IMG/VR virus record: IMGVR_UViG_3300031949_000413
Location: 105,088 to 124,186 of that record
Length of the DNA stretch: 19,099 nucleotides
Strand: one strand, 5' to 3'
Source of the DNA: a virus
Lineage: Duplodnaviria > Heunggongvirae > Uroviricota > Caudoviricetes
Below, piece by piece: positions 1-7,585 of this stretch. The translations under genes and the position numbers were made by a program. Within the stretch, counting starts at the first letter, position 1. Each line of letters opens with the position of its first letter. A model generated the notes under the pieces. It searched no databases. It was not told the origin of the DNA and worked only from the letters and a program-made list of their open reading frames with translations.

Positions 1-384
1 TGCATTCGTGCCGGTTGCCATCGTGATCTTGCCCGAAGCCGCTGCATACACATTGCGCTGATCGGCGCTCTCGCTTGGCAATGATCCCGATGAGAAGAAG
101 TCCGCCGACATCTCTACGAAGCCGTGTCCCGTCAGGACATTACACGCCTCGGCCTCGGCGTAAATCTTGGTGGTCGGCGCATACACCAAGTCGCGGTTGC
201 CATAGAAGAACCCGAAAGGCTTGCTACCGGTTGCGCCTGCTAGGGAAGCCGTTCTCCCTGCCGCGTCCAACACGGCCAACAGGCCGGGTTCCGCTGTGGT
301 TGTGCCTGATGCAACTGTCAGGTCATGACCATATACGTCAGCCCCAGACTTAGGGCTGAGCCACTGAAACACTTTAGTGCTCAT
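1..384 (-). CDS. Partial (runs off the window) putative head decoration/capsid-stabilising protein, MSTKVFQWLSPKSGADVYGHDLTVASG...
   Basis: Not in the ORF track. I translated it by hand: ATG at 384, open for 128 codons to position 1, with a TAGGAG SD overlapping the scaffold stop. Small Gly/Ala-rich beta-type protein directly after the scaffold, a typical decoration-gene position. Function is inferred. Confidence 0.6.
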   Translation of the reverse strand, partial: MSTKVFQWLSPKSGADVYGHDLTVASGTTTAEPGLLAVLDAAGRTASLAGATGSKPFGFFYGNRDLVYAPTTKIYAEAEACNVLTGHGFVEMSADFFSSGSLPSESADQRNVYAAASGKITMATGTNA

Positions 385-393
385 AGATGTCTC

Positions 394-1371
394 CTATCCT
401 ACAACAATCTTCTGTCGCCCAGTTTGGGGCTGCTCGGAGGCCATGAGGCGATTCGTGCCCGATTTGTCCTCTGGAGCTTGCTTCGCGGTGGCGGCTCGCA
501 CCAATAGGTCGATAGTCGTCTCCGGTAATGCCAATAGTTCGTCTTGGCGCGTCTCGAACTCGCTGGCTTCCATTACGTTGCCAACTAGCTTAGCCTTCAA
601 CTGTCCAACCTTATGTGCCTTGACTTCACCACGTGCTGACTGCAAAGCTGTTTCAAGTGTGGTGACTCGTGCTTCCAAGTCAGTCACTTTGGCCTGAAGG
701 GTAGTCTTAGCCGTCTGCTCGTTGGCAAGATCGGCATTGCGCGCCTCAAGATCAGATGCCAACCTGGTCATATCGGCCTTCATCTTGGCATACTCGGCCT
801 GACCATCGGCCTCGTTCTCTTTCTTTTCCGCGTCAGGAGTTTCTTTCTTGTCCTCATTCATCTCGTCATGCTTCTTCTTCATCTCGTCGTCGTCCATATT
901 GGTCTCCTTCGATGATTCAGACTTCGATTTCTTGTCGTCAGGTGTTTCCATTCCGGCGCTCTTGTAAGCCGACTTCAACTTGGCAAGAGCCTTCTCTTTG
1001 TCTGGGCCTTCGTACTTATTGCCCCGATACCCACCGTGTAGAGCCGCCCACGCCCCACCCAATAGGTGTGAATCAACTTTGCCTTCGGTATTCTTGTAGC
1101 GCAGATGCCAAGTAGTGGGTTTTTGCGGGTCTTCCACTACAAGGTAGTGGGAACTGGGATGATTACCATCACCCTCCGACTTGGTGACAGTTGCCTCAAT
1201 CTCATTGTCATCCATAGCCATTTTTTCCTTGTAAAACGCTAAAGCATCTGGCGCGAGTTGATCTACCCAAGCCATAATCAGGCTAGATTTAGTGGAAACA
1301 ATATCCATACTCTGTCCACCAGAAATATGAGCCCATGCAGACTTGATCTCGTCAACCAAAAACTCGCTCAT
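394..1371 (-). CDS. Putative capsid scaffolding protein
   Basis: 325 aa with an AGGA SD. Has an acidic/Lys low-complexity linker and a long C-terminal coiled coil (AEYAKMKADMTRLASDLEARNADL...LETALQ). Lies downstream of the protease-like gene. Confidence 0.65.
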   Translation of the reverse strand: MSEFLVDEIKSAWAHISGGQSMDIVSTKSSLIMAWVDQLAPDALAFYKEKMAMDDNEIEATVTKSEGDGNHPSSHYLVVEDPQKPTTWHLRYKNTEGKVDSHLLGGAWAALHGGYRGNKYEGPDKEKALAKLKSAYKSAGMETPDDKKSKSESSKETNMDDDEMKKKHDEMNEDKKETPDAEKKENEADGQAEYAKMKADMTRLASDLEARNADLANEQTAKTTLQAKVTDLEARVTTLETALQSARGEVKAHKVGQLKAKLVGNVMEASEFETRQDELLALPETTIDLLVRAATAKQAPEDKSGTNRLMASEQPQTGRQKIVVG

Positions 1372-1383
1372 AAATATATCCTA

Positions 1384-1412
1384 TTGATACTTTGTATCAT
1401 CCATGTTATAAT
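1384..1412 (+). promoter_or_regulatory. Sigma70-type promoter with extended -10 driving the endonuclease, probably leaderless
   Basis: TTGATA (1384-1389), 17 bp spacer, TATAAT (1407-1412) preceded by TGn. ATG at 1419 is 7 nt after the -10, and there is no SD. Confidence 0.75.
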
Positions 1413-1418
1413 TACAAC

Positions 1419-2231
1419 ATGGGACGCCCTAAAGGTAGTAGAAACGGAATACGCCAAGCATTTGTTGTAACTTGTGCATCTTGTAAGAAAAAGTTCGAGA
1501 TAGACCCATATCGCTATCGGCTCGAAACTACAAAATGCTGCTCAAAGAAATGTCAGTCAATTTGGCACTCCAGGGGTATGCAGAAACCGACCCACAGAAT
1601 ATGCCCAGTATGTAATAAGGAATTTGTCACAAGACCATCCGATCAAAAAGTCTATTGCTCAATGCTATGTGCATCCAAAGTTCATGGCACTAAAATCACT
1701 GGGCTAAAGGTAGAGCGCATAGAAAAGATTTGCCCGATTTGCTCCAAAAGATTCACGTTCCGCCCAGCTGAAAACAGGTCTTTCTGCTCAAAAAGGTGTG
1801 CCAATAAAGCTCTAATCAAGCAACGCCTTCGACTTACTTGCCAGTGGTGTCATAACACATTCGACACCATGCACAAAGATCAGAAATACTGCTCAAAAAC
1901 CTGTAGGAATATAGCCCTACGCAACATCAAGTTTAGTAACATAGAACCCGGCATGGCATCTGCCCTGTATGACGCTGGAATAAGATTTGAATCTCAATAT
2001 CCATATTTCCATTACATCATGGACTTCGCAATCCCAGATAGGAAGGTGTCTATAGAATGCGACGGAAACTATTGGCACTCTTTCCCGGAAGCCATTGTGA
2101 GAGACAAGAAAAGGGACACTTATCTCAAAAGACACGGCTGGACAGTTTTAAGATTCAGTGAAACAGAAATATACAAAGACATCAACTCTTGTATTGCTCG
2201 CATATCCGGGCAACTAGCGAGTTCATCTTAG
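1419..2231 (+). CDS. Free-standing homing-endonuclease-like protein: four CxxC...CSxxC Zn-finger repeats plus C-terminal DUF559/Vsr-like PD-(D/E)xK nuclease
   Basis: Repeats CASC..CCSKKC, CPVC..YCSMLC, CPIC..FCSKRC and CQWC..YCSKTC. Nuclease motif MDFAIPDRKVSIECDGNYWH...RDKKRDTYLKRHGWTVLRF. Start moved from 1392 to 1419 because 1392 lies inside the promoter. Confidence 0.8.
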   Translation: MGRPKGSRNGIRQAFVVTCASCKKKFEIDPYRYRLETTKCCSKKCQSIWHSRGMQKPTHRICPVCNKEFVTRPSDQKVYCSMLCASKVHGTKITGLKVERIEKICPICSKRFTFRPAENRSFCSKRCANKALIKQRLRLTCQWCHNTFDTMHKDQKYCSKTCRNIALRNIKFSNIEPGMASALYDAGIRFESQYPYFHYIMDFAIPDRKVSIECDGNYWHSFPEAIVRDKKRDTYLKRHGWTVLRFSETEIYKDINSCIARISGQLASSS

Positions 2232-3036
2232 CGTCACCACTTGCCATAGTCTCTATCTCCTCCTGGTGACTGGCGACAAACATGATGGTGGATAAATTGA
2301 AGGATGTCTCACTACCCGCCGGGCTAAGTGTTACCGCCCCGCCAACCGCTCGCAAACCTCGTAAGATGCGCTTTGCACCATGCAGGACTTTAGCCTTTAG
2401 GTGCTGGCAATAAGACTTGGCATCCGTATGGACTGCGTGACAAATCGAGCACTCGGCTGTGGACGCTTCTGCTTCAATGGACAGTTTGTAGCGACCACTC
2501 TCAATATCGTTCGGGTCAATGCCTAACTTGGCACAGCGATCCGTCCACACCACCCCGTCCACTTTAAGAACACCGTCATCGTTCTTACCGGCAGTGTAGA
2601 AACCAATATTCTTGGTGTCGTTGTGTTCGATGTCAATAGCTGTAGCTGAAATAGTGGCCGCTAACTCAGAGATACCGTCATTGTCCAACTCGTCCAGATT
2701 GGCATTCGTCTCAGCCCGCGCCAGCACTGCATCATGGAAGCGCAGAAAACGCGGATTGTCAGTATCGGCCTCAAAATGGACTGAGCCTAACACTAACTCG
2801 GTTGAGGCGATAACTTCGTTGACTTCTGTCACAGTCTCTTCCTCTGAGGCAGTGGCCTTCTCTGACTTAGGCTCATGCACGTATAATGCACGAAGATAAG
2901 GAAGAGCAGCCTGACGGGACTTATAAGGCTCTTTGTTCTTCTTATCGACCTTATTGCCCTTGTCGTCAACTTTGAATACGTACCAGCCATCAGACTCATG
3001 AACTATCTGGTACTTAGCTTCCAACTCGTTTGCCAT
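2182..3036 (-). CDS. Putative prohead protease / head maturation protein
   Basis: AGGT SD before ATG 3036 (track start is GTG 3042). Contains IDIEH, LSIEA..CSIC....C.H and GGAVTLSPA motifs reminiscent of phage prohead proteases. First gene of the head module. Confidence 0.6.
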   Translation of the reverse strand: MANELEAKYQIVHESDGWYVFKVDDKGNKVDKKNKEPYKSRQAALPYLRALYVHEPKSEKATASEEETVTEVNEVIASTELVLGSVHFEADTDNPRFLRFHDAVLARAETNANLDELDNDGISELAATISATAIDIEHNDTKNIGFYTAGKNDDGVLKVDGVVWTDRCAKLGIDPNDIESGRYKLSIEAEASTAECSICHAVHTDAKSYCQHLKAKVLHGAKRILRGLRAVGGAVTLSPAGSETSFNLSTIMFVASHQEEIETMASGDAKMNSLVARICEQYKS

Positions 3037-3049
3037 GTCCACTACCTGT

Positions 3050-3087
3050 AACGAAAAGAGGACAGACCTTTGCCAGTCTGTCCTCTT
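3050..3087 (-). terminator. Intrinsic-terminator-like hairpin in the leader of the head operon
   Basis: Perfect 12-bp stem AAGAGGACAGAC / GTCTGTCCTCTT (3056-3087) with an 8-nt loop, followed by TTCGTT on the minus strand. Confidence 0.7.
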
Positions 3088-3110
3088 ATACGATGCCCTA
3101 TCTATGCTAC

Positions 3111-3139
3111 ATAATACGCTGATGTTTCGCGTTTGTCAA
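3111..3139 (-). promoter_or_regulatory. Near-consensus sigma70 promoter upstream of the head operon
   Basis: Minus strand TTGACA (3139-3134), N17, TATTAT (3116-3111). Confidence 0.8.
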
Positions 3140-3236
3140 TAATGAGTTTTATGGTGTTTCAATCACCAAATTTCAGTATGGCTGTGGACTGTTTATAGTC
3201 AACTCTTGTCCCAAAACTGCCGAATTGGGATATATT

Positions 3237-3923
3237 TTAGCCAAAATTCTCAACGACCTTCATGGGTGAGTTTGCAACCAGTGTTACCCGGTGTCCACTT
3301 GATAGTGTGACATACACATTGTATTGGTAATCGCCAACAGACATTGCGCCCGTTTGGGCCGCTGTTGGCTCAGCGCGCACCTTCTTGGATGTTCCTGTAG
3401 GTGTCACCACTGAGCCTGATACAGAGAATGACACTTCACGAGTTAGCCGACTACCAGCAAAGATAACGCTACCGCTGGTTAGTTCCGGCCACTCACCCGT
3501 CGTGTCTGTCCAGTCCAACGAATGACTATCAGCCGCCGAATAGTCGTCACCTCTCACAAGTGTAACTATATTAGAAACTGCTTGTACAGGAGATACCACT
3601 GTAACACCTCCACTACCATCAATGACTGAGGCGCGAGTGCTCACTTTCGCATCCACATATTCAGACTCTTGTGGATTTATCGACACAAGTGTCAGAATGT
3701 CAGTTGAATCAGATAAACTATAGAATTTTACTGCACCCCGAAAGTCATTTGGGTATCCAGCATAATACCATAGATAATCCCCATTACTGCCAATCTCTAT
3801 GAACCCTGAGGATATTGTACTTCCGACACTCGATCCGCTGGTATCGACCAACTGTCCTCTCAGATCGGACAGATCAGCCTTACTTCGACCAAGAGCAAGA
3901 GATACCACAAGCTGATAAGTCAT
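3237..3923 (-). CDS. Putative virion structural protein with C-terminal Ig-like (BppU-like) domain
   Basis: 228 aa, beta-rich. LVRGDDY...GDYQYNVYVTLSSG pattern resembles baseplate/Ig-like adaptor domains. Abuts the tailspike stop. Confidence 0.5.
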   Translation of the reverse strand: MTYQLVVSLALGRSKADLSDLRGQLVDTSGSSVGSTISSGFIEIGSNGDYLWYYAGYPNDFRGAVKFYSLSDSTDILTLVSINPQESEYVDAKVSTRASVIDGSGGVTVVSPVQAVSNIVTLVRGDDYSAADSHSLDWTDTTGEWPELTSGSVIFAGSRLTREVSFSVSGSVVTPTGTSKKVRAEPTAAQTGAMSVGDYQYNVYVTLSSGHRVTLVANSPMKVVENFG

Positions 3924-6074
3924 TCACTCTGCTCTCCATAAAAAGTGCATTGCGGTTTGTACCCAAACTTGATCGATCTTGGGCTGAGTCGTAGTCGATC
4001 CGGCCACAGATACCCGACTTCTGACCCAATATTTAGATATGCTATTGACACTCACTTTTCCCCAATCAGTAGGAATTGTAAATGTCACTGAATAAGTATC
4101 AGCCATTGCCGTATAACCAGATGTACCATCCGAAACATCCTGAAGGGTAGCCCAGCTAAACCCATTGTAATACTCCCATATCACCGTCCATGTCCCGACT
4201 CCCGCCGTACTGTACTTAATATCCATACCACCGAATGGTTCGCTCAAACCAATATAGAAAGCATCATTTAGCAATGCCGGATTATCCATTACCCAAACAT
4301 CATTAACTGTTGCATTGTTAGCAGCAGCAGTAAAGTCAGCATACACCGTCTCATAATAGAGAAATGCTACATCAACTGCGCCTATAATCTTGGAGACAGC
4401 AACAGGAATTTCAAGTCTAAATGTGCTCGATCCAATGTTTATTTGTGGCACAAAGAAATCCTTACCATCGGACTCTTGCGGAACAGTCTGAACTACATTG
4501 GGAATATTTGGCAAACCATGCGGCCAATCAACTGAAGTGTCAACTCCATTCCTAGAGATAGTGGCAATCCCTGAATTGTAGGTAATTGGATATAGTATCA
4601 ATGATTCAACTTCTAATATGTTGGTGCTAATCTCGAACCCCCAATTACCCACATTCAGTTTGTCAGAAGGCACAATAATGATATAGCTAACGACCTCCGT
4701 TTCGGTGGTGCTACTAATAGGTACATTATAATCTGTGATAACATTAGTAATACCACCCTCGTTATAATAAGCAACGAATACCCCACTTCCAGAAATCTTT
4801 CTGGCCGTAAGCTTGATAAGAAATATCCTATGCGCTCTATCAACAGGAGTAACAGACCATGTGATAGGTGTAAGATTAGTCTTGATGGCATAGCGTCCCG
4901 TGACTGGGCTGGCAACAAACGGTATACCATCACTAGATGCAGCACCGCCCAAATATGCAAAATTCTTGTAACTCAATGTGTATGGATCGTAAGTATTTGT
5001 CCTAACACCAGGCACATCGGGTGGAGTAATAATAGTGCTTACGTTATCGAAATTGCCCGTGTCGTTCTGATCCCACTCGGCCAATACTGGATGATGATTG
5101 TGCCAATTTGACGTTAGCACTTCAGGAATCTGAATAGACGTTCCGCTGATATTGTATTTATTGTTCCTCCATACCAGCCCATACATGGAATTTAGACTAA
5201 CAAAATTAGGAGTCAATCTATCTGTCAATTCAAACATATTCTCCATTACCTGCGCGTTGGTATCATTCTCCGATATGATATACGTTGCAGAATCAGCCGC
5301 AGTCTCGAAATAATTACTGTGTATTCTGAAATTATGAGAAGCACCGCCAAGAAAAACTCCTCCGACCCGCTGATTGTCTAACAGGTCATTGTGGCGTAAA
5401 AGATTTCGTCCGCCGAAATCGCATTGAACCCATCTGGCGCAATAGGCAATTCGATTCCCAAATGCTTCATTTACATCCGACCCCAAGTTAATGTTTCCGG
5501 TATAATAAACACCAACTCCATACCATGTTATCGAGCAATTCTCGATAATGGAATCAAAGACACGCCAAAATTTAACGCCTGCACCATATCCGTCTAATTC
5601 TTCTTGAGTAGGAACAACACCGGTGTGGCGATTAGAATCTACAGCGACATCATATCCACCACTCATATTAACATTACGAATAACCGGGCCAATACAGGAT
5701 ACCGAACCTGAAGATAATCCGATTTGAATTCCATTATTGGCTACAATGCTTAAACCATCAATGACGATCCCGCAATATGGATGCAGCGAGTCTGTTTCTG
5801 TGTACTGAAATACGAACTTACTGTTGTCAAGTTGATGAATAGATGAGCCGCCCCTGGATAGCCCGACTATCTTGACGTTCCTACCAAGAGTAACGGTATC
5901 AGATATGTTTATATTCTTAGGTATAATAATTGTTCCTCCGCCCCCTCCCAGTGAAGAAGCGTCGGAAACTGCTGATTGTAACGCGCTTGTATAGTCTGTT
6001 CCAGACGGACTATAATCAAGAAGGTTTATTGCGCCCACTAAATCAAGTGAGGTTGGTATTCTAATCGCTTGCAT
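3924..6074 (-). CDS. Tailspike/depolymerase-like protein with pectate-lyase-type parallel beta-helix and C-terminal beta-sandwich domains
   Basis: N-terminal DYTSALQSAV...GGGTIIIP...ISDTVTL..NVKIVG (Pectate_lyase_3-like start) followed by Asn-rich beta-helix rungs (IRNVNM, IENCSI, FGNRIA, IHSNYFE, VMENMF). Confidence 0.75.
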   Translation of the reverse strand: MQAIRIPTSLDLVGAINLLDYSPSGTDYTSALQSAVSDASSLGGGGGTIIIPKNINISDTVTLGRNVKIVGLSRGGSSIHQLDNSKFVFQYTETDSLHPYCGIVIDGLSIVANNGIQIGLSSGSVSCIGPVIRNVNMSGGYDVAVDSNRHTGVVPTQEELDGYGAGVKFWRVFDSIIENCSITWYGVGVYYTGNINLGSDVNEAFGNRIAYCARWVQCDFGGRNLLRHNDLLDNQRVGGVFLGGASHNFRIHSNYFETAADSATYIISENDTNAQVMENMFELTDRLTPNFVSLNSMYGLVWRNNKYNISGTSIQIPEVLTSNWHNHHPVLAEWDQNDTGNFDNVSTIITPPDVPGVRTNTYDPYTLSYKNFAYLGGAASSDGIPFVASPVTGRYAIKTNLTPITWSVTPVDRAHRIFLIKLTARKISGSGVFVAYYNEGGITNVITDYNVPISSTTETEVVSYIIIVPSDKLNVGNWGFEISTNILEVESLILYPITYNSGIATISRNGVDTSVDWPHGLPNIPNVVQTVPQESDGKDFFVPQINIGSSTFRLEIPVAVSKIIGAVDVAFLYYETVYADFTAAANNATVNDVWVMDNPALLNDAFYIGLSEPFGGMDIKYSTAGVGTWTVIWEYYNGFSWATLQDVSDGTSGYTAMADTYSVTFTIPTDWGKVSVNSISKYWVRSRVSVAGSTTTQPKIDQVWVQTAMHFLWRAE

Positions 6075-6075
6075 A

Positions 6076-6816
6076 TTAGACAGTCGCCATCTGCAAAACT
6101 TGCGCGGGGGTTAGTTCTGTGTTCCATAGAGCAATATGTTGTAATAACCCAGAAAGAACGAGAGCAGGAGTTACATTTGCAGCGCCCAAGAGTGTGGTAT
6201 TAGTAGGCCAAGTTCCACCCCATATTCCGAGGCCGGTAACATCTGCTCCTATCTGAGAACCGTTTTTGAATCCTCTAAAACGATTGTTCGATTTGGAAAC
6301 AGTCATAGCAAAATGTAAGAATGTTGTTCCAGAATTTCCAGTGGAATCAACAGCAAGTGCTGTCCCTCCTGCGGTGTATGTAAATCTCATAAGGCCAGCA
6401 ACCCCAGGATTAGTAAATTGAAATAAGTCTATTCCAGAAGAAACAAATTGTATCATTCTGCAATTGGCACTCCAATTAGAATTACTCAACCACCCCATCA
6501 AGGTAAATTCTGAAGCGTTGATCGCTGATGCTAGAGAGGCACTCCAAACATTTATATAGCTCGATGTTCCATTAAAACCCGCTGCCGTTAATCCATCTCC
6601 GATTCCCGATGATCCAAATGTTATATTTGTTGGTGTTCCGGTTTTTCCATTTCCGCTATAATCCAGCACACTTCCAGTCCCGGTTGTTCCTACTTGTTCG
6701 TTAAGACGCCAGTAAGCAACCAGGTTTGTTGGCGCAATACCAAATACCCTCGATGAGTAGTCGCTACCCGCAAGACTACTTAGTCCAGATAGGCCGCTTA
6801 GCCCGCTAAGACCCAT
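6076..6816 (-). CDS. LamG / concanavalin-A-like lectin domain protein (virion-associated)
   Basis: LVAYWRLNE...DYSGNGKTGT...GFNGTSSYI...FTLMGW...LHFAMT...GLLQHIALWNTELTPAQV is the Laminin_G_3 pattern. N-terminal (GLS)x4 repeat. Confidence 0.85.
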   Translation of the reverse strand: MGLSGLSGLSGLSSLAGSDYSSRVFGIAPTNLVAYWRLNEQVGTTGTGSVLDYSGNGKTGTPTNITFGSSGIGDGLTAAGFNGTSSYINVWSASLASAINASEFTLMGWLSNSNWSANCRMIQFVSSGIDLFQFTNPGVAGLMRFTYTAGGTALAVDSTGNSGTTFLHFAMTVSKSNNRFRGFKNGSQIGADVTGLGIWGGTWPTNTTLLGAANVTPALVLSGLLQHIALWNTELTPAQVLQMATV

Positions 6817-6828
6817 AGCGTCACCGCC

Positions 6829-7143
6829 TTAGCCGTATCGGTATGACACCGACAGGCGTGAAGTGGCCACGCCACCACTGGCAGCCACATTCATGGTCAT
6901 GGCATTACCGACCGAGCTACACAGTGGCGGGTTAAAATAGACCGGGCCAGCGCCACCCTTCGTCACATCCAAGTCCCACATGACTGTCGATAGTCCATTA
7001 GTAACATAAACCCTTCCACCCGAAGTCGGATCAGCCGAATACGAGAAATCAAGCCAATCCAAACAAATGCGTTGATAGGTGCTGGCCTGAATGGTAATCG
7101 TATTGATAGCGTTGCTGCCACTTGTTTGCGTGTAGGTTGACAT
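6829..7143 (-). CDS. Small hypothetical structural protein
   Basis: 104 aa, GGGGTGA SD, beta-rich composition, in operon context. Confidence 0.6.
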   Translation of the reverse strand: MSTYTQTSGSNAINTITIQASTYQRICLDWLDFSYSADPTSGGRVYVTNGLSTVMWDLDVTKGGAGPVYFNPPLCSSVGNAMTMNVAASGGVATSRLSVSYRYG

Positions 7144-7155
7144 TGCTCACCCCCT

Positions 7156-7193
7156 AAAATGAAAAGGCAACACCTCCGATAGGGCATTGCCTT
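7156..7193 (-). terminator. Intrinsic-terminator-like hairpin
   Basis: AAGGCAATGCCCT-ATCGG-AGGTGTTGCCTT (about 12 bp with G-U pairs and a bulge) followed by TTCATTTT. Confidence 0.6.
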
Positions 7194-7217
7194 GATTACA
7201 AAGACTCGACATTCATC

Positions 7218-7246
7218 ATTGTACATCCCCAACAGTCGAAAGTCAA
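7218..7246 (-). promoter_or_regulatory. Sigma70 promoter
   Basis: Minus strand TTGACT (7246-7241), N17, TACAAT (7223-7218), in an intergenic gap. Confidence 0.75.
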
Positions 7247-7258
7247 TTACTTTCATCT

Positions 7259-7585
7259 CTACAGGTTAGGCAACACCTCAAAGGTGCTAATACTGGACTT
7301 CCATGCGCCACTGGGCATAACCACATAGCCCTGAATCGACCATGTACCCGCCAGCGATGGATCGAAGTCTCCGTTCACTGTAACATATCGTATCTTCCCA
7401 TCAGCACCCGTAGTTGTGAAAGAGGCACTTTTGGCTACTGTGCTATTATCGGGTCTGTGCAGAATGACCTGCTTAGTTGTGGCCGATGAGACATTGACAG
7501 AGCCACCATCCTCAATAATAATCAGCTCTAGGGCTGTACCCCAGTCCCCAGCATGGATACCCGCAGAAGGTTGTGCTGTTTTCAT
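7259..7585 (-). CDS. BppU-N-like Ig-fold structural protein
   Basis: IHAGDWGT.LEL.I...V....RPD.......DGKIRY.....D...AGTW..Q..V pattern. ATGA overlap with the upstream gene. Confidence 0.65.
   Translation of the reverse strand: MKTAQPSAGIHAGDWGTALELIIIEDGGSVNVSSATTKQVILHRPDNSTVAKSASFTTTGADGKIRYVTVNGDFDPSLAGTWSIQGYVVMPSGAWKSSISTFEVLPNL

Noticed and set aside
382-396. Scaffold TAG is in frame with the next gene (TAG GAG ACA TCT ATG), suggesting amber readthrough or code-15 recoding
   Set aside because: The next gene has its own SD. Other TAG stops (7259, 8329, 18560) are followed by promoters, terminators or overlapping genes, so TAG is a normal stop; the in-frame layout has a 1-in-3 chance.
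75-1470. Plus-strand ORFs 75-353, 325-507, 377-697, 756-1115, 1258-1470 and similar short ORFs elsewhere (e.g. 2612, 7416, 7867, 8517-9796, 10427, 10946, 15718-16055, 18053-18443)
   Set aside because: Shadow ORFs opposite or inside well-supported minus-strand genes, with no motifs or SD support.
1372-2231. Self-splicing intron or intein carrying the endonuclease
   Set aside because: The ORF is antisense with its own promoter, I could not recognise group I/II core elements or intein motifs, and the scaffold has its own SD.
3150-3235. Short inverted repeats (TGGTG/CACCA, GACT/AGTC, TCCCA/TGGGA) and GGGCG/CGCCC at 18509-18535
   Set aside because: Stems of 4-7 bp without U tracts; too weak to call.
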